Assembly: GCA_043228905.1 (NCBI GenBank)
Contig: JBHGNT010000007.1
Span: forward strand, 13,578,001-13,642,000
DNA: 64,000 nucleotides
From: Azolla caroliniana
Lineage: Eukaryota > Plantae > Polypodiophyta
Reading direction: 5' to 3'
Positions 1 to 10,880 of the stretch are shown here, piece after piece (positions within the stretch are counted from its first letter, which is position 1; each line of letters starts with the position of its first letter). The notes beneath the pieces are model-generated. The model was not told where the DNA came from, did not search any database, and was given only the letters and a program-made list of their open reading frames with translations. The position numbers and the translations under genes were made by a program.

Positions 1-888
1 TACGGCCGCGGTCGTTTTGTTCTGAAGGGCTCGGCCTTCCACCTGGTTCGTCAGATCCTCCCGAGCCAGGACCAGATACCGCATCTGTCCTACTCCCATC
101 GGCATCGTCACCAGATCTACCATCCATTTGAAGTGGATGGTCGGAGGGTACGTAGGGTGTAGCTCGTCCCGATGTCGGGCTATGGAGTGCATCTGACAGC
201 TCTCGCAAGTTGTCACGAACCAATGCACGTCCCGGTACAGTCCCGGCCACCAGTACTTCCCCTTTATCTTCTCGAACGTGGCCCACGTTCCACGGTGTCC
301 AGCCCAAGGGCTGTCGTGGTAGGCCGTCAACAGCTCCTCTTGTTCTTCCTTCATTACCACCACCCGAAGCGGGACACCATTCCTCTTCTTCGGGTGCTTC
401 CATAAGTATCCGTCCCGGAGAAAGAATTGGTATGCTTTCTTCCGGATCCGGTTGGCCTCGTCCCTCCATGACGCATCCGGCGTCATTGTCCTCAAAAACC
501 CACCGATCTGTAGCCACTCGCCGTCGTACTTGCTCTCGTCGAAGCCGTTAAGTGCCGGAGTGCTCGTCCCATCGGTCGTCACGTACGCCGCCTCGAAGAA
601 GTCCACCCCGACTTCTTCGTCCTCCGAAACCATGCCGCCCTCGTCATCAAACCTCGCCCTCGAAAGCATGTTGGCCATGGCGTTGTCCTTTCCGGAAATG
701 TGTCGTATTTCCGGGTCCAGGGACTTGATGTACGCTATCCACCTGAGCATCGCTAGGTCCGATGTCGCGCATCCGGAAACCATGCCGAGAATTGGCAGGC
801 AATTCGTCTCGATAATCACTTCTGTCCCGATCAGGTAGTCTTTGTCGGCCTTTACTGCCGAAACGATACCCCAGAGTTCGCGTTTAAC

Positions 889-2442
889 CTAGGCGTACCC
901 TCGTTGTCGCTCACTGAGGACCTTCGCGCCGAATCGGATCGAGAACCGAATGCCGTCCTCATTTTCTTGGTTGACGACCCATCCGATCCCGGTCGGGCTC
1001 GTATCCACCGTTATGTATACCGGGGTACCCTTCTCGTAGACAGCCTTCCGGAGCACTGGTGCTGCCGCAAGAGCTTCCTTCAGCTTCCGGACTGACTCCG
1101 TGTGCTCGTCTCGCCACTCGAATTTTTGCCCCTTCTTCAGCAACCCGTATAGTGGTTCCGCAACGTGGGCGTAATGCGGGATCCATATGTGGTAGAATGC
1201 GCATGCCCCCAAGAACCTCCGAACCTCCGTAACCAAGCTACAGTCGGTCTTCATCGCGGAGATGGCTTCTACTTTTGCCGGAGACGGCTTCCGGCCATAG
1301 GGTCCACACAAGTGTCCGACCACCAGGATTTCTGATTGCCCGAAGGCCGATTTCTCCCCGGAGAAGGTGAGCCTCGCATCCTCTAACCTTTGTAACACCT
1401 TCTCATAGTCGTCGATGTGTGTCGCCACGAACCGCCGGCATCCGTCCGGCCCGAGTGTCCCATCCTTCTCTTCCACCGGGCACCCTTTGATCGGGATGTC
1501 GTCTAGAAACGGCATGGTGATGTCCGGGATGCAATCCCTCAGTACCTTGTTCATCACATTCACCATGTGGGCCACCGAGTTGGTCCCTCCTTGTGGCAGG
1601 GTACACATTCGCACTAGGCCGAGGGGAGTTCGCATCATCGTAATGTCTCTGCTCTCCACGGCTAGCTGGAACTGGTCGTACCCCGAGTACAGATCACCGA
1701 CCGAGTAAATCGACCTTCCGGCAAAGGCCTCCGCGAACTCATCTATGGTCGGTCCGATTCCTGCGTTTCGAATGGTCACTCTGTTGACCGGCTGCAGGTC
1801 TTGAATGAAGCGCAATGTTCCGTTTTTCTTCGGTACGGTAAACCATCGGTTCGAGTATGGGGCACTCGACGGTTCGAGAATGCCCATACTGACTTTCTGC
1901 CTTAATAGCTGCATCAACTTCGGGATGTGAGCTCTCGGTACTGGAATCGGCTTGAGATTCCACGGCACATGCGGTACCGTGAATATCACCATCGGCTCCA
2001 CGATTGTCGGGTCTACACACCCGATCTCATCCGGTGAGAATGCGAAGGCTTTCCCGTGCCTTCCGAGCATTCTCCGAAACCGGTCTTCTTCCGCCGGCAG
2101 TAGGAATCCGCCCCCACCGATCTTGAGCTCCCGGAGCGTCCCGTCGGTGAAGGTGTGTCCTATGCAGAACGGATCTCGTAAACTGGGGTCCGACGCAATC
2201 CCTCTGATTCGGGACTCGCTGCCCTCCGATAAGGGTGCCGCGACTGACCTTACCTTCCGGTCCACAGTCTTGTACTTCGTGCTAACTCGGGCCGTCCGAT
2301 CCGACCCAAGCCCTTGACTGAAGTTCGCGATGACTTCGTACATCTCTTCGGAACATACCGGTATCGTCCGGTCTTCGTTAAGGTCTTCTCCGGCTACCTT
2401 CCTCAACATCCCCAAGGTGTCGTCGAAGGAGACCGCCTCCAC
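889..2442 (-). pseudogene. pol: Ty3 pol fragment: reverse transcriptase and RNase H, stop-interrupted
   Basis: PKKNGTLRFIQDLQPVN, DLYSGYDQ, FLDDIPI and VRRFLGACAFY motifs. A TAG at 889 interrupts the RNase H, and the frame continues beyond it. Confidence 0.92.
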
Positions 2443-2672
2443 GGCTCCGCTGATTTCCTCATCCGGGCCGAGAACTCCGCACGCTCGAAGTCACTCCTCT
2501 ACCCTTGCCTTTCCTCGGCCAACGATGCCGACTATCATACACCCTCCGTTGTTGGAGAAGCAAATTTTTCTACCTATCGTACAAGGTTTCTTCGGTTTCG
2601 GTTCTATCGTACAGCTGTGGGGTCTTTCCCGAGTGTCCGGACTATCTCGGCCCCACGCCTTGGCAGCCCTCT

Positions 2673-4795
2673 CTAAAAATCCTCTCGGTTCTCGCCACCA
2701 AGGGATTCGCGGTTTCGCTCGTGGTTCGGCCGCACCATCAGAAATTGGACCGAATGGCGCCCGTCTTGGCTTTTGACCCTCGCGTAGGCCGAACCGTTGT
2801 TCAGCACCTTGGTCTCCATTTGCGCCACCGTGATGTATGGTTCCCCTAATATGACCGGGTGCGAGGACGTCTCCTGCACGAAGAAGTGCTGGTCAATCTC
2901 GACGTTGCCGATCTTGACTCGCGCGTTCGGGCAGGCCCCATGCAGTTCCTCGGTGGCGCGCGTCGCCGCCCGTATCTTCCACCCGTGCTTGGTGTTGATC
3001 GGCCATTTTCCCTTCTTGTAGAAGTCCATGGACATCAGGTTTATTTCCGAACCGTGGTCCACCAGTGCCACCACCGGTTCCTGAACATCTCTGATCTTCA
3101 CCGGGGTCTCCGTGGTCGCTCAGGCCCAGTGTGGCCTCGAATAGTGGCTCTCCGCCCACTCATCTTCCAGCGCCATGTCGTCGATGTGCGTCGTCCGCAC
3201 CTCCACAGGTCTTTCTGGTTCTGTCTCCGTCGACAGCCTCTTCCGCTTTACCAAGTCCACAATGGAGTTGTGGAACTCCTTCTTGGCGATCCCTAGCACC
3301 TCCCGCAATGACAGCTCCACTTTGTTGTCGAGGATCCGTTCTTCTAGGACCTTTCGAAGGTCCGGGGCCCTTTCTATTTCCGTCCCCAGTTGGTATCCGC
3401 CCTTCCTGGGGTTATCTTGCGTGCTGGATCCACCAGCTTCGTTCCGTCGTTGCCCGAATCGGGTCTTGTATCGTTGTGAGGGCCCGGCCGCTCCGGCTTT
3501 CCCCACTCGTTTGTCTTCTACCAGAGCCTCGTAGTTCTGGCAGGCGGCTTCTACGAAGCCCGTCTTCTCCTCAACCGGGTCGCTCCACCCGGTTATTTCC
3601 TGGACCCGTCTCTCGGCGCGGTCCGCTTCATCTTTCCTCAGCCGTGCACCGGCGAGGCCTTCCAGCATTGCTGACCAGGATCCGGCTTTGCTCTCCTTTC
3701 GGGCCTCGCTGCCCCCGACCCGAATACCGGCCGACGCCGAGTAGTGGATGGCCTCCACGTGTCGGACCGCTGCCTCTTCCATCAGTCTCTTCATACCTCC
3801 TCCCCCGTCGTTTCAGTTTAGGGCCCTTCTGGTATCACCGACATGCACCCGGCCTTCCCACAGGTACACCATCCGGTTCCTCAACGCCTTTGCGAAATCG
3901 CCGCAGTCCTTCCGAATGTGGCCGACCTCGTCGCACCACATGCACCTGTTCCCTGCTACGGGCCGTCGGTCACGAGCCGGTTCGCCGCCTTCCCTTCGAG
4001 TCTGGGCGATCTGGAGATCCTTTATCGCCCACGTCAACTCCTCCAGTGTTGCTCCTCCGGACGAGTCATTGACCATGCCGGTCGGAGCCGACCCGGTTTC
4101 GAGCCACTCCCGGGTCTCTACCCTTCGCCCTTGCGGTGCCGGTTCAAGCCTCGTTGCTGTGGCAGAGCCCGCACCGGCCGCCCCGTTGTCAGCCCATTCT
4201 CGCCGTTTGTCGAAACGGCCACAAACTCTCTTAACCGCAGCCCAGTCGGTCGTCAGTCCGTCTTCGGTTTCCAGCAAGGAGCCGACTTGATCCCGGTCCC
4301 GTTCGTCCACCGACTTGACGAACAGTAGGACCCGGCTCGTATCCAGAACGGTTCGGTCAAGCGCCGAAAGGCGCGCAAAGCGTTTCTTCCCTTGCCGGGG
4401 GACTCCACCCATCCCATGAAGTCCCGTTTCGAAAGCCAGAGCGCGTCGTCCAGCCCGTATTTTTCTAGGAGTCGGCCTTCGAACTCCTCCCAGGTACGGC
4501 TCTCCGCCCGTACCTCGAGCACCTCCGCATGGATGCTCGGCATCGCCACTCGAGGGAACCCAGCAAGACGCCTCTCTTCCGGAATGTCCCGCATCAGCAT
4601 CTCTGCCCCGTAGGACGCCAAATACTTCGTAGCATCCTTTCCGCTGAACCGGCCGATCGTACCGACGACCACCTCAATGGCTCTGTCGAGGGCGCCGGTG
4701 CCCTCGCGTGCACTCAATATCTGATCCACGGTCGAAGCCATGGCCTCCGCAAGATCCGACCCCTTCATCTTCTGCTCTTCTGCCGCCTCTTTCAC
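2673..4795 (-). pseudogene. gag: Ty3 gag (CCHC knuckle) and aspartic protease, broken by stops and a frameshift
   Basis: ORFs 4253-4795, 3813-4412, 3120-3794 and 2673-3101, with CX2CX4HX4C and D(H)GS protease motifs. Confidence 0.88.
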
Positions 4796-4808
4796 GTCGG
4801 GTTCACCA
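4791..4808 (-). promoter_or_regulatory. Primer binding site complementary to the tRNA-Trp 3' end
   Basis: Minus strand reads TGGTGAACCCGACGTGAA, 3 nt inside the LTR end. Plant tRNA-Trp ends ...TTCACGTCGGGTTCA-CCA (recalled sequence). Confidence 0.85.
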
Positions 4809-4811
4809 AGA

Positions 4812-5373
4812 TGTCGAGGTATTCTTCGCGGACGCGTGGAATGAGGCGGGACCTCGGGGGTCTTGCACCGAAAAGCAAGAGAGAAAGGAGAAGGGACCCG
4901 CTACGTGCGATCGTAGATTCACAGGGACACGGCCCTTCGACACAAAGACGCGAGTGGGACGCCGACACAGAGAGACACGAATGTATGTATATATATATTA
5001 ACAAAGAAAAACAACGAGAAGCATGAAGTCGGCTACAACGGAACAAGCCGGCGAACAGATGTCGATGCCTGTTCGTAAACGCTCAGAAAGAAAGGAGTAG
5101 GTTGGAGGTGCTGCCGGAAGCACTCGGGCATTCCTCAGAGCAGCGCGAGCCTCCCGAAAACCAGCACAGAAAGAATCTACGGAGTATGGAAGAGAGAGAA
5201 TCCTTCGGCCCACAACCCGACAACACTTCGTCCTCTCTATCGTCGATCCCCTTCCTCTCCCCTGTCTCCCTCCTTTTATAGGCAAGAAAGGAGCCGTTTC
5301 CCATTAACTTCCTACCTGCCGAATCTACCTGCCTAGGATCTTCTATGTACCTAATCCTCTCTTATGTACAACA
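4812..5373 (-). repeat. 5' LTR of the Trp-primed Ty3 element
   Basis: TG...CA termini on the minus strand (TGTTGTACA...CTCGACA) and CCTATAAAA TATA near 5274-5282. It abuts the PBS on one side and interrupted copia RT on the other. Confidence 0.78.
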
Positions 5374-6857
5374 TAAGGCGTATGTGCATGAAGAGCCGGT
5401 TCCTACGCTCTGGGGCACCGATTCCGCTTGTGGACGGTTTTCTTCACGACAATGGGTCTCCCGTCGTCCTCATCATCTATGTGGACGACATGCTACTCTC
5501 CGGCCGACATGCCGAAGAGCTCACCGAACTCGTTCGGAAACTGCGGTTGAAGTTTTCCATGAAGGACCTCGGTCCGGCAAGACACATACTTGGTAGGAAG
5601 ATTAGTCGGCATCGTGATAAACGACAACTTTTCTTGTCTCAAACCGACTACATCGGACGTGTCTTGGAACGCTTCAACATGCACTCGACCAAGTCTGCTT
5701 CGACCCCACTCCCCATTAACCTTCGACTATCTCAGCAAGACTGCCTGACATCCGGTCTAGAGGGGGAAGATATGAAGTCAGTACCATATGCACCGGCAGT
5801 CGGCTCCCTTATGTACGCAATGGTCGCGACACGGCCTGATATTTCTCACGCCATAGGCGTCGTCAGCAGATTCATGCACAACCCAGGCCGATCGCACTGG
5901 AACGCAGTCAAGCATGTGTTCAAATATCTAGCTGGCAGAAAAGACCACGGCATTCTTTTCGGCCCAAACTCAACCTCAGGCGTAGTCGGTTACACCGACT
6001 CGGACTTCGCCGGCTGTGTGGACAATCAGAAATCAACAACCGGATATTGTTTCAAATTCGGCAATGGAGCAATCTCGTGGAAGTCGAAACTTCAGGAGTG
6101 CAGAGCCACCTCAACGACCAAAGCGGAATATGTAGTTGCATCCGACACGGCAAAAGAAGCTGTATGGCTCAGTCGGCTGGCGCACACATTTTGACAGGTC
6201 GACCTCGACTCAGCTCCAGTTGTCTACAGCGACAGTTAGGGTGTTGTTGCTTTGTCAAAGAATCCGGTTCACCACAACGCCTCCAAGCATATCGACGTTC
6301 GATATCACTTCCTTCGGGACTGCGTCATTTCAGGGAAAATTGGTCTCGAGAAGATATCCACAACCGATAATGTCGTAGATGGAATGACCAAGTGTCTTTC
6401 GGCGGATCGTTTCCGGTCCCTTCGGCACCAGATGGGCATAATGAAAAATCGGTTCGGTTAAAGTCGGACACATAGCACAGGATGGTTTTGGACCACCGAT
6501 ATCGGTTCTTTGAGGATCGGCTTCAACTCGTCCGACCCGACCGGTTCGGTCTTTTGTCTTTGGATCCTGCCGACTCTAACAAAACCGATCTGTCTAATAA
6601 ACCTTGTATATACCTGTAATTTTTTAGATAACCCATGTATACGCCCATTACGAGGGAGTGTCGAATACGAGTGTATAATGGCCGTATTCATACTGTCCCT
6701 TCGAACAAGCCAAGTTTGAGCTATTTCTGTAAATAGCATAAAGGGCAGTTGCCCTAAGATAGTCACTATATAAAGTGACTTTGTAACCTTTAGTTAAGGT
6801 TGTTGTTGGTTGTCATTCTTTGTAACTCTTGCTATTGGAATATAACGTTTGTTTGTG

Positions 6858-6914
<57 letters not shown>

Positions 6915-6972
6915 TATGCGCATACACAGGTTCTTCTTCATCACGAATGTTGCTTGCACTTCCGCATTGACA
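5374..6972 (+). mobile_element. Ty1/copia 3' half (RT, RNase H, PPT, probable 3' LTR ~6659-6972), interrupted by the Ty3 element
   Basis: ORF 5364-6194 has IYVDDML, KDLG, GSLMYAMVATRPDI, YTDSDFAG, WKSKLQ; 6252-6461 has KHIDVRYHF. GAGGGAG precedes TGTCG at 6659, followed by a TATA at ~6766, a (CT)n run and a TGACA end at 6972. Confidence 0.85.
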
Positions 6973-9102
6973 GCCTTGTCCCCAACACGCCCGACACTCT
7001 GAATATGATTCAGGCGCTCTTGGTGTATGTGACCTTGACATCTCTACTCTCTGAACTCTTCACTGCACCACGTACACCGCATAACCTTCTAGCCTAGGCC
7101 ATGTGCGTACTTCGGTCGTTGGCCGCTTACATGTCGCGTGTTCTTCGACGAGACCACACCCCCCCCCCCCCCCGGATCGGCAGACGTTCATCTGAGTACT
7201 TCCAGAAGACAACCACGCCCTTGCCCTCTTTATGTTGTACCCTGAAGCCACTGATGAACCCTCACGACCGACAGGTGACCTCTTCCCCCAACATCTCCCT
7301 ATTTTGTTTCTCGAAGGCATGGCCTACCTCCATACTGCCATCACCCCGGACTTAGACATCACCGACCTGGTATGTTTCGCCTGCCCTTCCTATGTCAGGA
7401 TGCAAGTCAACGAAGACCAGTTGGCCCAACTCTTCACCAAGCTGGTGCGCTTACACCGAATCTCCGACACCCTTACTTGCACCCTGTTGGAGAGCGCTAC
7501 TGCTTGCGTACCCCCTTTCGGTTTCCTGTGGTTAATACGCGCTTGGCAAACCGCCTGGGACGTCGAGGTTCGTACTCACATATTCAGCATTGAATGTGCA
7601 GCATTCAACTGGCCCACCGATCTCGAGGCTAACGACATGCAGGAGTTAGCCCTCTACCTTGACATCTCTCATGAGTATCAACTTATGACTTTTGATGAGG
7701 CTCGTGCCCGCGCACTCCTACCCTCGCACCCCACTCACCCCCCGTTTGAGATCAACCCGGAGTGGGACCTCGACTCACCCAATGATCCCGACAACCAACC
7801 ACACCCCCATGCCCTAACCCTACCTCATCCCCGCCGCCACCACACCCACCTCCAAGCCCTCCCCCCCCCCCCCCCACCACCACCACTCCCCTCTCACGCA
7901 CCCACACCTCAGCGAACACCACGTACCTGATCACACACACCCCATGTTTGGCTGCAACCCCTTTCACACCACCCCCCTTGCCCATCCCCGTTCCTCCCCA
8001 CCTCCCACCTCCCACCTCCCCACCAACCGATCCTTTCCCACTCCACACACGAGTCATCACAGACCCAAGTTGGGCATTCACAGATGTCATCCTCCGCAAA
8101 GCCCTCCCTTTCAACCACCCCCTTGCGCACCTCATGCTCCACCAACAACTCCCCTCTCCCATCTTCACTACACCCCCGCTACTACACGACACGAGCGCCT
8201 AATTCAATGATGCGACATTCTACGCTGATTTGGTCGATCGTTACCAACTCATCCACGGCCTCCAAGCAGCTCTCGATTACATCGAACACGGTACAGGTTG
8301 GGACACCCACCTCGATAACCAATCTATCGCCCCTGTCCCCTGGGAGTTTGATTTCTCTGAGACCCCCCTACTCCTCACCCGCCTCTACACCTACTACCCC
8401 GAAGTCGCCTCCGAACCCCAAGTCGACATCTTCCTTTACCCACACATTTACCGAGATAAGATGTCTACTTGGGCAGCCGCAAACCCCACCTCAACTCGAG
8501 GATGGCGCCACCCGGTGGTCGACCCTCTAATCGAACCACCTGGCATCCAACCCCCCGTGGCGCCTCCCCTAGTTCGAGCATGTGTCCTTCCGGGAATGGT
8601 GTGCCCCACACGCTCCAGAGATGCGCGCCAACCCCACCTTTTTTCCCCTCCCTCGTAGTTGACCATGGCACGACTTTCAAGCAACCTAGACACAACTACC
8701 CACCCTCCAGTTCAACTGGCCCATGTCTCCACAACCCCCACACACATCTCCAATGAAAGTTGGAATGATCCAGGTCATGCGACGTTTCCTCCGTACATAT
8801 CTCGACGTCCATGACCCCGACATTCAAACCAGTCTTCGTTTTCTGCAACGGTTACCCATACTCCTCGACTCTGGCCCTTATGAAACCCACACATTCAAGC
8901 AACACAACCACCTGGCATGGGGTCTTGCCTTTGATTTGAATAAAGGCCCCACACATCGTCAACTAGTCGGCCTCTGGACCTGCGTCAACATGCTCCCTGC
9001 CATCTACAAACGGGATTTTGAAACCATGATCAACACACGTGTTTTTCCCGCTTACATAAGTTTTGGTAGAAATCCCCCCTCTCCCTTCGCCGGCTACAAC
9101 AC
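6973..9102 (+). other. C-rich cassette of tandem unknown ORFs, the 3' internal region of an outer LTR element (continues at 14882-15090)
   Basis: Plus-strand ORFs 7232-7930, 7948-8202 plus 8230-8658 (same frame, one TAA between), and 8723 onward. The last ORF resumes in frame after removing the chromovirus. After removing the copia at 15091-20804 the sequence runs directly into a PPT and LTR at 20811-20820. Confidence 0.65.
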
Positions 9103-9392
9103 TGTCATAACTAGACTCGAACCCATAACCTTTTGTTACACAGGTCGAGACTTTACCATTAGGTTATGAATTGTAATTTGAAGGATATTATTTTCATTTA
9201 GGTTTTATTGGGAAATTGATGTATATTCCAGATTTCTCTGGAACATTCTAGAAACTTCAGGAGTATTCCTGAAGACACTATAAAAGGAGGCGCAAGGCAT
9301 TAGTTCGAACCAAATCGGTTCAACGCCAGTCTTAAGCCTTCTAACTACTGTTGTATATCTTCCTTCATATAATACATATATCTTTCGCATCA

Positions 9393-9446
<54 letters not shown>

Positions 9447-9575
9447 ATTCCTTCTCTCAAAGTTCGACACCTCTCATAGTACTAATCCTTCTCTGTCTTA
9501 GTACTATTCCCCAACAATAGTACTAATCCTTCTTTTAGTACTAATTCCTTCTCTGCCTTAATAGAGTTCCTGACA
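9103..9575 (+). repeat. 5' LTR of the chromovirus
   Basis: Direct repeat of 14422-14876, with CTATAAAAGG TATA at ~9278 and an internal (CT)n run that differs in length between the two LTRs. Confidence 0.97.
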
Positions 9576-9676
9576 GTTTGAACCGATTTTTGGGTGCATG
9601 TCTGGTCTTTTCTCTCCCTCTTCCTTCTGTCTCCCTCCTTTCCTACTAGTCTCCTATTTCCCTTTTCCTTCATCCC

Positions 9677-10840
9677 ATGGCCACCGTTAGCGCTGAAGAG
9701 TATCAATCCGTTTTCTCGGAATTTCAATGCTTGAAAGAGAAGTTTCATGCTTTGGAACAAGAAAATCAACGCTTGTTGGGGGATCTTCAGCAAATTTCCT
9801 TAGAAAAGCAGCAAACGCAACAACAGCATGGGGAACTTGCGTTACGCGTGCAACAACTCGAAGCAACCATCGTAGCAATGCAACAACAAGGGCACGGAGC
9901 ACAAGGGATTCATAAAGAACCCAAGATTGGCCTTCCCACGAAGTTCGATGGAACGCGATTGCAGTTTAGAGGGTTTCTTAACCAGGTACGGTTAGTTATT
10001 CAAATGCATCCGTCCCGATATCCCACCGATGCATCACGAGTGGGTTTAGTAGGCACGTTGTTAAATGGCTCAGCATTAGCATGGTTCGCTCCGCTACTAG
10101 AAAAGGAATCTCCAGTACTAAATAATTTTGAAGAATTCATAAGTGAGTTTAAAGCATGTTTTGGAGATACTGACAGCATAAGGACTGCAATCAACAAAAT
10201 CCGGCGATTACGCCAAGGTGACCGTCCAGCCTCCGCATATGCTGCAGATTTCCGTCTACTCGCCGCCGATATCCCCTGGGATGATCAAGCATTGATGGAG
10301 CAGTTCCGCTATGGTCTACGCAACGATGTCAAGGATTTACTCTTGACTTTCCCTAAAGAGCCAAAATCATTAACAGAAGCAATCAGTCGAGCGGTCAGAT
10401 GTGACAACCGCCTCTTCGAGCGACGTTCGGAACGACAATGTCAGATGCCGAGGGCAAGATCCGAGCCTACCTATGCCTCAGTGGTAGCGAAACCTTTTCA
10501 AAGGGAGTCACATAATGCGCCTCCAGTAAGTACTCCAACTCCAATGGAAATTGACACTACACGTCGTCGTGGGCCGCTATCGGAGGAGGAAAAGCAACGA
10601 CGCCGAACAAACCGATTATGCCTTTATTGCGGTGGACCAGGGCATATCGCGATAAACTGTCCCCATAGACCAAGAAGGCAGGTAAACCAAGTCGTTGTTA
10701 GTTCTGACTATACTAAACCCGAGTCTATTTCAGTAGGAATCTCTGATAGTCCTCATAGTCATAATAGTCCTAATAGTAGTCCGAATCTCGCAAACAAATT
10801 TGATGTCCTTAGCCAATTAGAAGAAGAGTTAAACGACTAA
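9677..10840 (+). CDS. gag: Gag (coiled coil, retrotransposon capsid, CCHC knuckle), intact 387 aa
   Basis: PTKFDGTR..RGFL, LRQGDRPASAYAADF, PMEID and CLYCGGPGHIAINC motifs. Confidence 0.93.
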   Translation: MATVSAEEYQSVFSEFQCLKEKFHALEQENQRLLGDLQQISLEKQQTQQQHGELALRVQQLEATIVAMQQQGHGAQGIHKEPKIGLPTKFDGTRLQFRGFLNQVRLVIQMHPSRYPTDASRVGLVGTLLNGSALAWFAPLLEKESPVLNNFEEFISEFKACFGDTDSIRTAINKIRRLRQGDRPASAYAADFRLLAADIPWDDQALMEQFRYGLRNDVKDLLLTFPKEPKSLTEAISRAVRCDNRLFERRSERQCQMPRARSEPTYASVVAKPFQRESHNAPPVSTPTPMEIDTTRRRGPLSEEEKQRRRTNRLCLYCGGPGHIAINCPHRPRRQVNQVVVSSDYTKPESISVGISDSPHSHNSPNSSPNLANKFDVLSQLEEELND

Positions 10841-10880
10841 GTCCAGCCAAAATAGGAGCCGTTTGGTTGGACAGCCCTAG
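10828..10880 (+). promoter_or_regulatory. -1 programmed ribosomal frameshift signal between gag and pol
   Basis: Heptamer G_TTA_AAC (10828-10834) in the gag frame, then a 6-nt spacer and an 11-bp stem GTCCAGCCAAA/TTTGGTTGGAC (10841-51 / 10862-72). The pol frame is -1 and open across the site. Confidence 0.8.

Larger units (their letters stand above)
1..5373 (-). mobile_element. Ty3/gypsy LTR retrotransposon, 5' LTR through integrase (3' part lies outside the window), degenerate
   Basis: Minus-strand order: gag (4253-4795, 3813-4412 with CMWCDEVGHIRKDC knuckle), protease (LVDHGSEINL, 2673-3101), RT/RNase H (889-2442; DLYSGYDQ, LPQGGTNS, FLDD, VDTS), integrase start (YLVLAREDLTNQVEGRAL near 20-80). 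The LTR and PBS are upstream. Confidence 0.93.

Noticed and set aside
3131-4328. Long plus-strand ORFs antisense to Ty3 gag (313, 180 and 161 aa); similar shadows at 49014-49670 and 55403-56202
   Set aside because: These are GC-rich antisense shadows of real minus-strand coding frames and carry no motifs.
6832-7097. RERERE/SLSLSL ORFs (also 9205, 14524, 20189, 24951, 32469)
   Set aside because: They are translations of (AG)n/(CT)n microsatellites.
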